Assembly (NCBI RefSeq): GCF_036321535.1
Contig: NC_087437.1
Coordinates: 68,636,001-68,700,000, forward strand
Source: Camelus dromedarius
Taxonomy: Eukaryota
Reading direction: 5' to 3'
Length of the DNA stretch: 64,000 nucleotides
Position 1 is the first letter of the stretch, and every line of letters begins with the position of its first letter. The notes beneath the pieces are model-generated. The model was given only the letters and a program-made list of their open reading frames with translations. It had not been told where the DNA came from and made no database searches. Shown piece by piece: positions 24,791 through 39,118 of this stretch. The position numbers were made by a program, and so were the translations under genes.

Positions 24791-27700
24791 ACCAACTACT
24801 TTGTTAAGTACAGTGTACATACTGTGCATTTTTCTGTAATTTTAAAGATGAAGAAATCAAGGGAAGTTACAAATAATCATCCCAAGACCAGACATCAAGT
24901 GTTGGAGCCAAGATTTAAAATCCAGATACCTTCATCTATGTCATCAACTCTTAACCACTCACTGTACTGCAGAAATATTCATTCTATATACTCTACATAC
25001 CATGTTCCAGTTTGGTTTTTTCATACTTAATTATATCTAACTGTGTGACTTTGTTATTAATATTTAACTCAACTATATCCAAGTTACATCATGGCTTAAC
25101 ACACATAATAGATCATACACCTCTATCACTTTTACCACCACAGTTTCCAGAACATGTTAAGTGCTGAAAAATGGTAGCTATTGTTCCTAAGCTGATAGTG
25201 AATCTCCTTGCTTTGAGTATGAATTTCCTTTTTGCAAAGAGCCAAAAGTTATTTTTAAGCTAAGAAGGGTGAGTAGTGTGGGTAATTCCAATTTTAATTC
25301 CATCTGGCCTCAGTAACAAAATGTATAAGTAAAATAAGAAAACTGCCTTTCTCATGGGGCTTAGGACCTGGGTTTGAAAGTCATTCCCTGCAGGTTTTTG
25401 ACAGTGGCATCAGCAGTAAAGGGCAAGTTCATACCCACGGAGTGAAGCACTCACATGGGTGTATAAGTTCTAGTGTGGCTGTGAAAATACTCGTTTTCTT
25501 ATACTCGTAGTCACACTTCACATACAGAGTTTGTATAAACTTTGTATAGTAGACCAGGAAAAATATTGATGATAACTGTGCCTTGGGGTATTCAGCATAT
25601 TGATAGGTGTATTAGGTGTGCTTGTGTTGGTGGAATTCAGCTGTAGTACTGCTCAGGGGTCACTGAAAGATGAAACAGCTTGAAGGTCAAAAGGTTTTTA
25701 CATCTTCAAACTGTAGCATTTTCTTGGGAACTCTTGGGAGGCCCAGCCCAGACTCCTCCAGGAAGGATGGGTATAATTTGCTATCTGTGAGATGCTGATC
25801 AGTAAAGCATATTCTTTCTTTTTCTTTTTCTTTTTCTTTTTAATGTATGAGGAGAGAAATCATTCTATTTCTGAAATAATTTGTTTGTTTGTTTTACACA
25901 GAATAAAGCCCCAAATCCTCAACATGGCATTCAGAGCCTTTGTGATTGCTTTCTAGCCTGCTGTCTAGGTGTCTTCCTAACATACCTTGTACCTCCTTAC
26001 CTTGGTGCTTTATTCATACCTGTTCCTGAAATGTGCGTTTCACGTCCCCATTAAGTCCCTACCTTGTTTATTCTCTTTCATGAAAATTTTTGACATCCAT
26101 CAAATCATATGGTATCTTCCTACAGAATGCCCTTAGTAGAAAACAATCTTTCTCTTAGGTTTTCTAATCAAATTGTGTTGTGTGAGGATCTATGGATCAA
26201 AATATTACCGAGACTGTCTTAATAGCATTTGGAGATAATAATAGTGACTACATCATAGACCTGTTTGAAGGATTAAATGAGTTATTGTATGTAGAGAACT
26301 TACAAGACTTCCAGGTACATAAGAAGCATAACCACTATGTAAATGTTGGCCATTATTTACAGTTGCTAAAAAATCATGGATAAGTAGTTGTAGAGATGGT
26401 TGTACAGTGTTGTAAGTAAAGCATGATGGTATCATTGGGCTATCAGTAAATCTATGTAGATAAAAAGTGAAAGGAGAAAGAGAATCGTATAGAGAGTGAT
26501 TATACAGTGGGTCCACATGGATATTGAGCTGCCTGAAAACAAGGTTCTAAGAAAGCAGAATTGATGATGTGTATCAAACCAAGATTAAAATGGAGCTGCC
26601 AAAATTCAGCTGACCTTGTAGGATGAGGGGAGTTGTCTTACTTCCTAGGCCTTTGGCTTGTCAACAAATCAGATAGATTACCAGATTAATTGATTAACAT
26701 CTCTCTTTTCTAAATCAAGCAATCCAGAAATCAGCTTTATTAAATAGGAACTAATAGTTAAAAAAGAAAAGAAAAAAGATCTGGGGAAATCAAAGAGGCT
26801 AGAATGGTGGAGGAACTGAGACCTACCAAGACCTGTAAATAGAATTTCATCCATATTGATACCAAGGTGAGGCTGCCACCCCCTTCGCCATGACCAGATG
26901 TAAACCCTCTGAATATTTACCTATGAACTCTGTACAGGAATGTATCTGTGGATGGGTATGTGAGTATATGATTAATTCATCCACTGAATATTGGGTTTCT
27001 TTGTGTAGTACTTTGTAGTAAGTCTGAAATCTCAGAATTTAAGAATATCTCCCCATCTTATGATCTGTAATAAATTACAGACTTTTATAAGCAGTGACTA
27101 TCTTTTATCTGTTGCTACCTCATAGCAATTCCCATGCTTTATCCATAGTAGGGCTTCAATAATTATATGAAGGACCATATACAGTAGGACCAATTTATCT
27201 CTTGATTTGGTAAATCTTAAGGCCTCCTACAAAGTCTCTGAATTTCTCACAGAGATTTTCCCAATGCCAGGCACATAATAGAGAATACATTTGGTGGATT
27301 TAGTGCATTACTATATGAAAGTATTATAAAAAGACAATAGTTTTTTTTTTAAGCAGTACTGATATATAGGCTATAGTACAATACAGTACTATTATTCGCC
27401 CTCCCCCTTTTTTTGTATAGTCAATAAAATCAGCCTTCTTTTTCCTCTAAGAAAATATATTAAATCAAGTTTTCTCCATCATGTATGTCTTAAACCTTAA
27501 GGCAGAATTTTACATTAATCCATACTTAATCACATCTTGTTAGTTTGTGCCCATGTTTCAGCCTGTCAAAATCTTTTTGAATCCTATATGATGGTCTCCC
27601 CCTTCTATCTTGTGTCATCTATAAATGTGATTGGCCCTTTTTCTGTACATTGGTATAAAATATTAATCTAATTAGAATAATAGGGAGAATATATGAACCC

Positions 27701-29136
27701 AAGATTTGCATTCCGGAGGCTCTTGCTCGAGGCTGACATAGGGAGGTAGAAAAAAGAATGCATGGTTCATTCTTTTTGGCAAGCGGTGGCAATGCATGCT
27801 CTAGTCATTATGTCAGGGACCTATTTTTCCTGTTTGAAGCCCGGTATATCACTTTCCTATCTTATCAATTTTATACACAGACTGAAGTTTGCAAATAAAT
27901 AGCTGTACTTTAAACTTAAATTGTCCTTAGCAAACAAGTTTCCTAAAACACATATTTGTCATGAAAACAAACAAAAAGGTCTGGTGTGAAAATAAAGAGA
28001 TAATAGAATTTAATTGGACATAATGGAATGATATAATTAGCATATTAAGTTTGCATGGCACTGTACACACAAATCACTTCTTACAACATATTTGGAAGGT
28101 TCATGTGCATACTTTATTCAGATTTATGAATTTTGGAGTCACCCATTCTTTATAAGTAATGGGGCATTTTTGTATTTATTACTCGTCCTAAATCTTTTTA
28201 TTTTCCTTTCTTTTTTTGCTATGCTTTTAATTGTTGATAGCCTTCTCCTTCTTATAGAACCAATTTATTTATCTTTTTAAAAGTTTTATTTTCATCTTTC
28301 CTGGATGACATGAGTAATAAAAACAGCTTCTATTTGTTTAGGGTTTATTATATATCAGGAATTTTATGTCACTGTTTCTCACTTAACCCTCCAACAAACC
28401 TCTGAGATAGGTACTGAGGAGAAGAGAAGTGAGCAAGTTTTCTCAGGTAAGCAGCTTGCAAGCAACCAAGTTGATTTTAAACTTGGGCTCAGCCCAACCC
28501 ATTGAAAGCCCTTATTATAAGTGCATAGATGCATTTATATCTTCATATAATTTTTCTAGAGTATTGAATAGGCAGAAGTCATCCTGATGATCTCTTGATC
28601 CAGGAACCCCCCTGACTAGATTTTCTGTTTGAAGGACTGTGTCTCAGGCTCACCACCAACTCCTCATATTTGTCTTCTGGCAAATCTTACCCCATTCTGT
28701 CTGCACCCTTGTTCAGTTACTGTGTAAAACATACACGTGGCTGAAGCTGTGTTGATTAATTTCCATTCTCGGTGCCACTATTCAATGCATGCTACCCTAT
28801 CTCTTGCCTGTTCTACCTGCCCCAAACCTTGGATCACTCAAAGCTTGTGCAGGCAAAGTGTTATCAAAACTGAAAATCTGTTCTGACTCTCCGACTTAAA
28901 ATTTTCATTGATCCCCTTTGATCTTAACAACTTAGGATATGATTTGAACCACTTAGCAAATAAATATAGAGAAGGCCCTTTGGAATTAGGACCTGTTTAC
29001 CTTTTACTCTTCTATCTGACCACACCTGTCCTGGAGAAGATGCTCCAGGCAGAGTAAGGTTGTTCCTGTTTCTCAAACCTCATCTACCCTCACTGAACCT
29101 CTCTTGATTGGCTAACATCAGAAATAGGTGTTCCAG

Positions 29137-29326
29137 CCTCCTGTATGACACAGGGAAATATATTCAGTTTCTCTCAATGAGCTGTAATGAAAAAGAATCT
29201 GAAAAAAATATATATGTATTCAGTTATACATGTAACTGAATCGCTTTGCTATACATATGAAACTAACATTGTAAATTGACTACACTTTACTAAAAATAAT
29301 AAAAAAAAAAAAAAAAGAAAGAAAGA
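29137..29326 (+). mobile_element. Short L1 3' end with polyA and TSD
   Basis: L1 3' terminus plus A-rich tail; TSD aggtgttccag (29126) / aggtgtcccag (29327). Confidence 0.85.
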
Positions 29327-29759
29327 AGGTGTCCCAGGATTTGTTTAGAGGCTCAACAATAACATCAAGAATTAGGGTTCTATGGTAGATGCAGTCTGCA
29401 TTAAGCAGACAGCCACTGTCAAAGTCAGCTCCTTCAAGGTCAGCCTCAGCTCTAGTGAGCCACCTCGCCTCTGACACCTCTTCCCAAGGAAGCTTGCCTC
29501 TGGTGACTGAGCAAGGCTGAGGTTTGGCTTTAAAGGTTTGTCCCACCGGGCCTTCTGGAAATGCTTTGTTCAAGAGCTCAGTGTGTTTCAGCTGAGACTT
29601 TAGTGGACCTGCATTGGAGCTTGGTGCCTTCCTCTGCCAGTTGTGGCTTCTTCCAATTTCCTTTCACAGATTCTGGTCCCTAAACATTGTCTTAGTTTTG
29701 CGTCTGCAGAGCACAATCTCCAACTTTTTCTGTCACCCTCAGATGATGTCTCTTCACTT

Positions 29760-29995
29760 TTCACTAGATGGCTGCAGAAGTTTCTAATATCACATTCTTG
29801 TATGACACTCTTACAAAAGTCACACGGACAAGGGCGTAGGAGTCAGGGCATCAGGGGAGCACTTGATCTCATTTTGTTATGAAAGAAAATATTTCCCAGA
29901 ATGCCCCAGCAAAACTAGCTCTTCATTTTACTGGTCAGTATTGGGGCACATGACTAGACTCAGATATAAGAGAGGCTAAGAGAGTGAGTATATGT
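29760..29995 (-). mobile_element. Old MLT1 (J/K-like) LTR fragment
   Basis: tttcccagaatgccccagca...ctggtcagtattggggcacatg...agagaggctaagagagtgagta. Confidence 0.5.
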
Positions 29996-30284
29996 TTTCT
30001 TAAATCTCTATCGTGACTTACCAACTCAGATAGTAGGGAAGAAGGGTCAGATATCTGGAAAATAATTTCTCTGATGTTTTCAAAGTTTTATGCTCCTGTA
30101 CCCATGAAAGTAATTTGAAAAATGATCTATTTCCTTGCACATTATTAATTGCACAGCAAAACCTATTTCATTACAAATCTAAATAATTATAAAACGTATG
30201 ATTTGCAACATTAGTAAATGTTTAAATTACAGACGCTACATTACTCTTTAAATGCATCCTATGGAATCTGAATACAACACGTTT

Positions 30285-32830
30285 TAAAAAAATCTTTATT
30301 ATGGTAATTTAAAAACATAAAAAATAGACAAGTACAATGAACCTCTATGTACCTATCACCTAACTCCAACAAAATGAACATCTCTTCATTCCTGCTGCTT
30401 ATATATCCTCCCAATATATTTTTTTCTGTTTGTTGGAGTATTTCAAAGCAAATGACAGACACCATATAATTTTACTCACAAATATTGTAAAATGCATATC
30501 TGACACACAAAAATCATAATACCTTTATACCCCAACCAGCACACTTTACAATAATCTTTTTTTTACATTTTTTATTGCGTTATAGTCATTTTACAATGTT
30601 GAGTCAAATTCCAGTGTAGTGCATGATTTTTCAGTTATACGTGAACATACATATATTCATTGTCACATTTTTTTCATTGTGAGCTACCATAAGATCTTGT
30701 GTATATTTGTCTGTGCTATACAGTATAATCTTGTTTATCTGTTCTGCATATGCCTGTCAGTATCTACAAATTTTGAACACCCAGTCTGTCCCTTCCTACC
30801 CCCACCCCTCGGCAACCACAAGTTTGTATTCTATGTCTATGAGTCTGTTTCTGTTTTGTATTTATGTTCTTTTTTTTTTTTTTTAAGATTCCACATATGA
30901 GCAATCTCACATGGTATTTTTCTTTCTTTCTGGCTTACTTCACTTAGAATGACATTCTCCAGGGACATCCATGTTGCTGCTAATGGCATTATGTTGTCAT
31001 TTTTTATGGCTGAATAGTATTCCATTGTATAAATATACCACCTCTTCTTTATCCAGTCATCTGTTGATGGACATTTAAGCTGTTTCCATGTGTTGGCTAT
31101 TGTAAATAGTGCTGCTGCAAGCATTGGGGTGCAGGTGTCTTTTTGAAGTAGGATTCCTTCTGGATATATGCCCAGGAGCGGGATTCCTGGGTCATATGGC
31201 AAGTCTATTCCTAGTCTTTTGAGGAATCCCCATACTGTTTTCCACAGTGGCTGCACCAAACTACATTCCCACCAGCAGTGTAGGAGGGTTCCTTTTCTCC
31301 GCAGCCTCTCCAGCATTTGTCATAAGCAATAGAAACAGAAGCAAGAATAAACAAATGGGACCTAATTAAACTTACAAGCTTCTGCACAGCAAAGGAAACC
31401 ATAAGTAAAACAAAATGACAACCTATGGAATGGGAGAAAATTTTTGCAAACGATGAAACCAACAAAGATTTGATCTCCAGAATATTTAAGCAGCTCATAT
31501 GACTTAATAAGAAAAAAACAAATAACCCAATCCAAAAATGGGCAGAAGACTTAAACAAGCAATTCTCCAAGGAAGAAATACAAATGATCAATAGGCACAT
31601 GAAAAAATGCTCAATGTCAGTAATTATCAGAGAAATGCAAATCAAAACTACAGTGAGGTATCACCTGACATTAGTCAGAATGGTCATCATTCAGAAGTCT
31701 ACAATAATCTCTTAATAGTGCCTAATACTCAGTATGTGCTTAATTTTCCCTGTTTGTTTAAAAATTACTCGTTCTGCTTATTTGAATCAGTTCACACAAT
31801 GCCTTTGACATATTTCCTTTGAGTCTCTTTCCAAATATATTTCCTGTTAAAAATGTTTTTAAAATCATATTTATTCTGTATTTGTTTATTTTATGTTTAG
31901 AAGTTTCCATGCCATTTATTTATTGAAGAAACTGCATTTTTTTTTGATCTTATAGAAGTTCCATACTCTTGATATGATTAATGTGTCTTCACAATTGCAT
32001 CTTCATAGTATTGTTTAAATATGCCATTTCCTCCACATCTCCTAGAAACTGAAAGTTGGACCTAGCAGTTGAATGAAATTAAGCATTGTTAATTTCAGGA
32101 GGCACATCATTGCACGTTGTCCTACTGTTAGTGAGGCTAAAAGTCATCAGTGGCCTCAAGTGTGGCCAGCCTGATCCATCCATTTAAAATTCATCGTAAG
32201 CCAGTCAGATAGTTTCAGAAGCTGCCTGAGATCATTATACCCAGTATTTTACTGAAGTTACAAAATTCTGCCTTTGTTATTCCATCATTCTTTCTGTATT
32301 TATTATCTGTGGTTCCCTACAAAGAGGACCTTTTCCTTATCAACTATTTGGTTACTCTGAAAAATAGCTTCTGTGGGAAAGACAAGACAAACACTTGATC
32401 TTTTCCCTTTATCAGTTTTCAAAATAATGAGATATTGCCCTAGCAACCTTTAACAGTTAGGAATGAGGATTTTTTTTAATCGTTGTGAACTTCTGGACTT
32501 TTATATATCATTGTATACATTCCTACCAATAAAGCCCCTTTCCTTTATATATCTTTTAATTTATTGCAGTCATTATTATTATTTTATTTATTTGTTGCTC
32601 AGAAGTTCCCAGTTTTGGCTGTGGAAGCTCTTTAAGCTGGCATTTGTGTCCTTTTGATATGACCCTTGTAGTCTTTCCTATTGTTTCTTTCAGTTGTGGC
32701 AAGACATAAGTGCCCTGCTCCAGATGTAGAATCAGCCATTTTTCAAAAGACCATTTTTTTTTTTTGTCATTATTTTGTTTTGTTTTTAGTCAATACATAA
32801 ATGGTACTTAGAGCAAACAGTCTGGACATA
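30285..32830 (-). mobile_element. Old L1M (L1MC/ME-type) 3' region hosting the young L1
   Basis: tttattatggtaatttaaaaacata...acaatgaacctctatgtacctatcacc before the insertion; ttaatagtgcctaatactcag...tccagatgtagaatcagccatttttc after it. Confidence 0.6.
30558..31699 (-). mobile_element. Young L1 with 5' inversion (twin priming)
   Basis: 30558-31323 is the minus-strand 3' end encoding the ORF2 C-terminus ([17 protein letters not shown]...YTMEYYSAIK); 31324-31699 is the adjacent upstream ORF2 segment in the opposite orientation; TSD tacaataatct at 30547-30557 and 31700-31710. Confidence 0.92.
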
Positions 32831-35800
32831 CCATAAAATCTTGATATTAACCATCATTCTAAAAAGGGTAAAAATACCTAATCAAAACCTTTAAATGTCA
32901 ACAACTTTGTATTGTTTCTTTTTCTCCTTGACCTTGAATTCCCATTCCACTTCTCTCACATAATTTTATTCTAACGAAATTTTGTTTTCACATTTGAAAA
33001 TATATTAATCATCCTATTATAACACTCTGCAACAAAAATTATACATGAATTAAAATGTAAATTTTTTCTTAATTCTTTGCCATGACAGGTCTTTAAGTCT
33101 TAAATGCTTTAATATACTATATAAAATTCTCCTAAAATTTCATTAAAGTGTTCCTCCTAAGGATCTAAATAAATGTTCAAGACATATAAAAAACTCTTAC
33201 GTAAGTTTTTTTTTCTTTTTAATTTAAACATTTAATGTTAATCTATGAGAAATAAAGATGGAAAATTTCCTCCCTTTTTCTTTGAATCATGCAAGGTATG
33301 CAACCGAGGCAGAGAACCACACAGGGTGAATGAAACGATCTCCCTGGGCCTTTCTCATAAAAATAAAAGGAAGGCAGAGAGAGAGCCTTTCATAACAGAT
33401 TACTATTGTCCATCAGACTTCCTACAGATTTGAATCTTATAATTTTAGAAAAGACACGGACTCATTCTTTGAGTACTGTATTTACCTGGATGGCATGATG
33501 CATCATCAGCTTCTTTAGCAGCACTTCATTGGCTTTCCTCTGCCATGGGCCTCTTCCTTGGGACCCCTGCTTTCTTTGACAGTAGTCGAGGTTGGAAAAA
33601 ATGAAGTAGTGAACAATGTCTTCACTCCTCTGCCATATTCTTTGATATCTGTGAGTTCAGAATATCCCACATTGACCAAAATGCCCTGCTTCTAATTTAA
33701 CACATCACCCTACAGATTTCACATTGTCCGTTTGAATCAGAGATTCAGGGTGAATCAAGATTCCTCCTGAGGAAATGTCCCATAATAAGCCTCTGGATGG
33801 GGGAGAGGTAAGCCTTCCTTCTCAGAGTGGAAGAAGAGCAGTAATCAGAGAAATAGTGGGAAAGAAGAAAATTGGCAGATGAATTTAAGACTACAAGGAA
33901 TTTGAGGATCAGAAAACAGATTCACTTGAAATTATTTGTGCTGGCATACCTCCTTGTGTAGTTTTTGAGTACCTTCAGAGGCACTTCATTCTGAAGGCTG
34001 TTGTGCAATAAGTACATTTCCAGTAGTGGGATGAACAAACTTCCTCAGTTTAACACATGCATAATTGTATTAAGTTCTGCCAGACAGTTCTTTAGTTTGG
34101 CTAAACCATTTTATGCATTCCTACCAATAAAATCTTGTTTCCTTATATTCTTGTTAACATTTGTTATGATCCAACTTTAATTTTTTTGCCTATTAGATGG
34201 GTGTAAATTGGTATCTCAAGGTAGTTTTAATTTATATTTTTCTGATTAATTGTAGTTTTTCTCTGCATATTTTTTTTCTTTCTGTGAACTGTATTTTTGA
34301 ATTCTCAACTCATTTTCTATTGAGTTTTTTGCTTTGGTCTAGGTGATTTTCAAGAATTTCTTGCATGTTCTTGATATTAATCCTTTTAAGACTTTAAATA
34401 GCCTCTCAAGTGAGTCATCTTTCAATTTTTATCAACAATAACCTGCAAGGAACATAAATATTTAATTTCCAGCGTAGTCAAAGCTAATGATTATCTTACT
34501 ATTTGCTTTATAGTGTGTGCTTTCTGAGTCTTGTTTAAAAATTACGTTCCCACCCCTAAGGTGACAAATATATTTACTTAATTTCTCCTATTATCATTAT
34601 TATTTTACTTTTCACAGAGATTATAAATCTGTTTGGAATTCATCTTTGTATCTAACTATAATGTAGAGGTTCAACTTTATCATTCTCCATTTAATGAACC
34701 TATTTTTACCCAAATTTTTTTTACATAATTTCCTTTATAGATCTGTATTACTATTTTATCATTTATATAGTCCCTATATATGCATAGATCCATTTATACA
34801 CTCTTTATTCTGTCTCATTTGGTCTATTTATTTATTTCTGTGGCAACTTTATTATATTTTCATTACCATAGCTTTATAATGTATCTTAGTGCTTGTAAGG
34901 TTTTCTGTGATCCACCCTTTTAAAGTGGATTTAGTGATCTATAATTTTTATTTTTTTGTATACATTTTAGAATAAATTTGTTGAATTTCTTTAAAATAAC
35001 TCTGCTGAGTATGTTGATTGGGAGTTGCATTTAACCTTTAGATTAATCTATAGATAATACACATCTTTACAATGTTATCTCACCTGTGAACGTGGTATCA
35101 ATCCCTTTTTATTTAATTGTACTTTTATAAGTTATAATAGACTTTTAAAATTTTCTCTGTAAAGACTTTGTGTACTTTGACCAAGGTAATTTCCAGATAC
35201 TTTCTATCTTTTGTAGTTATAAATGGCACTTACTATCTCTTATATCTTCAATTGGCTATTTCTGGTATTAGATAGATGGATATATTTGTTCACGCAAAAT
35301 AGATGAATGACACTGGTTTGTGCAAGTTGATCTTACTTATAATTATTTTATTTTGAGTTCTAATAGTTTATATGAAAAATCTGTTGATTTTTCTATGTAA
35401 ATGGTGATACTATCTGCAAATAGTTATAGCTTTGTTGTAATTCTTTCAGTCCTTGTAGTTCTTATTTCTTTTTCATGTGCTTTTGCATTGGTCAGAACGT
35501 CTAATACCATATCGAATGGCAACAGTAATAATAGACATCTTTGTCTTTTTTCCAGATCTGTGAGGAGTGCCTTTTAGTGGGATGCTTACTATAGATTTGA
35601 TAAATAATCTTTATAAAGTTCCAGAAGCACTTTACTATTCCAGGTATTCTGAGAGATTTTGTTTGTTTACTGGTTTGTTTCATTTTGTTAATACTCACTC
35701 TCTCTCTCTCTCTATATATACATATACATACATATACACACGTATATATAACTTTATCAAAAGTTTATTCTTCTACCTTTAGAAAAACTGGATGACTCTT

Positions 35801-36172
35801 TTCTCCTTTAGAAGAAAATTAGTGAATAGGTACCTTATATTGATAGATAAAGACTATTTTGCTTGGTAAATTTATTTTTTTAATAGTCTGTTGAATTTGG
35901 TTAGATAATTCTTATTTAGGGTTTTCTCTATGCTCCTAAATAAAATTGTTAATGTTTTTGAATTGTCCTTACTAATTTTAGAATCTTTAGAATCATAGTG
36001 GTTTTTTTTTTTTTCTATTTTCTTGAGCAATTTGTTTAAGATAGGAATTATCTTTTCTTCCAGATTTTGATCTTCTTATGCAACTTTCTGCTTAGAGGTA
36101 GCAGGGTGCCTCTAATTGCCATTTCAAATTTTTAAGTGGTTATTGATCAAGTTTCTAATTTTTTTTCCAAGT

Positions 36173-36693
36173 TTGCCAGTTGTTTCAATTGCTATGGCTG
36201 TGTAACAAATTACCTTGAAACTCAGGGGTGAAAATAATAGTTTTTATTCTCATAGATTCTGAAGGTCAGGAATTCAGACAGGACTATAGGGGGGTGGCTT
36301 GTTACTGAGTGATCTTGTTCCTCACCTGGAAGAACTGAAGTTTAGGGGCTAAAATCACCTGAAAGCTCATTTATTCACTTATCTAACTGTTGCTGCCAGC
36401 TTTCTATGCAGGCCTCAGGTCCATTCCCCGTGGGCCTCTTCATCTGGTCTCACCATGTCATCTTCCCATGCCAGCTTATTTGGGTTTTCACCTTGGTGAC
36501 TGGCTTTCCCAGAGTGAGAGAAAGATGTAGCATTGGAAGTCACACAACTGTTCAGGGAGCCACAGTCTACAGGTCAGCGCAGTCAGGTGTCTGCCCAGGT
36601 TCAAAGGGAGGGGGACTGGACTTCACTCTGATGAGAAAGTGGCAGGATTCTGGAAGTACGGGTGGACATTTATGAAAAATACAATCTGCCACA
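36173..36693 (-). mobile_element. MLT1G/H-like MaLR solo LTR
   Basis: gctgtgtaacaaattacc...ttattctcatagattctg...ggtcaggaattcagaca; ends aaaatacaatctgccaca (reverse complement tgtggcagattgtatttt). Confidence 0.75.
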
Positions 36694-36820
36694 GTAATTT
36701 GCACACTTGTTCAGATGGAGCTCTCATCTATTTTCATATGTATTAGTGTTTGTAGTTGGTTGTAGTAGTTGTTCTTTTTGTTAATTGCTGTTTTGTCTTT
36801 GGCTATGTCCAACTTTGTAT

Positions 36821-36928
36821 ATTATGCATTTTTAATGCATCTTTTAATGGAATTACTGGAGATTGAACCCATGACCTTGTGCATGCTAAGCATATGTTCT
36901 ACCACTGAACTATACCCCCTCACTAAAG
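36821..36928 (-). mobile_element. tRNA-Ala-derived camelid SINE (short form)
   Basis: gattgaacccatgaccttgtgcatgctaagcat...ctaccactgaactatacccc; TSD ccaactttgtat at 36809-36820 and 36929-36940. Confidence 0.88.
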
Positions 36929-39118
36929 CCAACTTTGTATTCTGTGTTTTGTTCATTTGAAAATATTTCCTTTTTCCTTTAATAAATCTTATCAGAGGTT
37001 TGTCTAACTAGTCTTAAAAGAACTAGATTTAGATTTGAGCAGTGTTTACTGTTTTTTGTTGTTGTTGTTCTACGTTTCTTGATTTCTGCCTTTTTCTTCA
37101 ATAATTATCTCCTTATTTCAATTTTGTCTGCCCCTCCTTTTCCAATGAATCCAGTGGAATCGTGGCTCATTTTATTTCAATCTTTTTCTTCCTTTCTAAT
37201 AAATGTTTTTAAAACTATGCATATTCCTCAAGTTCTGCTTTAGCTGTGCCCTGCCAGCTTTCACAGGCAGTGATATTGTCATTCACTTGTAAGTATTTCA
37301 TAATTTCCCTGATGATTTCTGCATTAGCCCATGGGTAATTTAATAGCAAGCATTTTACTCTTAAGACATAGGAAATATCTTTGGGCTTTCTTAATTTTTC
37401 TTTTCTAATTTTATTGCAGTATGGTAGATAACATAGTCAGATGTTGAATCATTGGAATTGATCGAGCCTTTGTCTCTGGACTGGTGCAGATTTAACTTTT
37501 GTGAGTATTCCATCTAAACTGAAAGAGAATCTGTTTTTGTTCTCCTTTTTCCACCAATGAGGCTGTAGCAGCTCTCAGCTCTAATCTGGGATCCCTGGAC
37601 CAGTAAAAAGCAGGGGAAGAAGGATCCGCCCTTCAAAAGAGGGAAGGGGAGAAGAGGAGGAAGCAAAGGGTAGAACTGACAATGCTCCCTCAGCATCCCA
37701 GTCCAGAGAACGCTGTCACCCTCAGGAGATCCTTGACTTCTTTCTCTCTCTGGGGTTTCCTTCATTCATAGCCCTCCTTCTCATTCCTGTGACATCTCCA
37801 GCGTTGTCTTTTGGGATGGAATCAGTAGCCTCTGTTAATTCTCCGGCTTGTCAGTGTCCATGGCTATTTAAACTGAGTGGTTGTACTTAGAGTGAAGGCA
37901 TCTCAAACTACAAGCCGTGTGCACGTTAGGTAATGCTTACCCAAAGAAGGAAGGAAAGGGGTTACATGTGTTTGATGCTATTCCTTCCACACACAAAGGA
38001 ATAAAAGGATGAGATGATGTTTTGATAAAGGCCTGGAGGTGAGAATGAGGCAGTCCTACTGGTTTATGTCCAGGTTAGCCTAGGAGCTGACTTGGTAATT
38101 GCTCTCTGCCTTTACTTTGGAATTGAAGAATGCTGTCTTTATTTCATAAAAGTAAGACATTTTGAGGTTTTCTTATCTGTAAGTAGACGCTAAAGCGGTG
38201 TTGTAAGGAAACTAAGCTGAAGTTTAAGGAGGGCAAAGGATGGGAGAGAGCCAAGGAGACCATGTAAGGGGTGCTTTCAGAGTTTAGCTCGGCGATGATA
38301 GGTGCTTGGTGTGAGAGAGAAGGAGGTGTGCACTAAGAGAAAATACCTCCCAAAAGAATAAACACGGCCTGGGGACTGACTAGGCCAGGAGGACAGGAAA
38401 GAGAAGTCACAGGAGTCAAACAGAGATGACTCTAATTTAAGTATGTAAGGCAAGGGTGTCAAGGAGATTACAAGTCCATGTTCAAGTATGAATTTGAGTT
38501 GTGATTTCAAAACCCCAGGCCTGTGTTCAGAAGGAACCCAGGGAAGCAGAAGTGAGACCACACTGAAAGCTTCCAGGGTCCTCTCTCTCACTCTGCGGGC
38601 CTTCTGCTATTCTGCTGAAGCAAAACAAGTTTCCTTGAATGTGCATGTCCTCTGGTCCAGACTTCCCAGTCTCATGGTCTTCTCAAGTATTTTCATAAAA
38701 AGAAAGCCCAGTTGTACCGAATTGACATTGTCAGCCTGGTTTTCCATTCTCTACTGAATTTCTAGGCAGAGGACAGCCCTCTTCGTATTTCCAGGACTAT
38801 TGCAATCTGGTTTTCTTTCTATCCCTACTACTTTTCTCCATCAAGTTTCAATCCAGTTGGCTGGAAACAGTGGCTGATAAATTCTGTCAATTGAAATTTA
38901 ATTCTTTTGTCCTGAATGTGAGTGCAGGGCTAAATGGAGCATCTAGGCTAGGTTTCTCCTCACCTTTTATATCCTTTTTCCTTCCTGCCTCCTAAATGCT
39001 AAATCGAATCTTATTCCCTGAATCTCCAAAACGTGTTTGAGGTCTTTCCAGTGAAGAAGGTGTAAAGGTTAAAATGCATGTGCTGTGTGTCTTCCTGCTC
39101 GGTGTGTGGGCTCCTCAC

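Larger units (their letters stand above)
34070..37530 (-). mobile_element. Highly degraded old L1M ORF2, interrupted by MLT1 and a SINE
   Basis: T-rich antisense L1 motifs (tggtatctcaaggtagttttaattt, ctatctgcaaatagttatagcttt, cttatttctttttcatgtgcttttgcattgg, ttttctaattttattgcagtatggt). Confidence 0.7.

Noticed and set aside
28435..28452. Other AG|GT(A/T)AG motifs (28446, 47009, 59253)
   Set aside because: Short pyrimidine tracts, a weaker donor, or location inside MIR or LTR repeats; much weaker than the 57.7-kb site.
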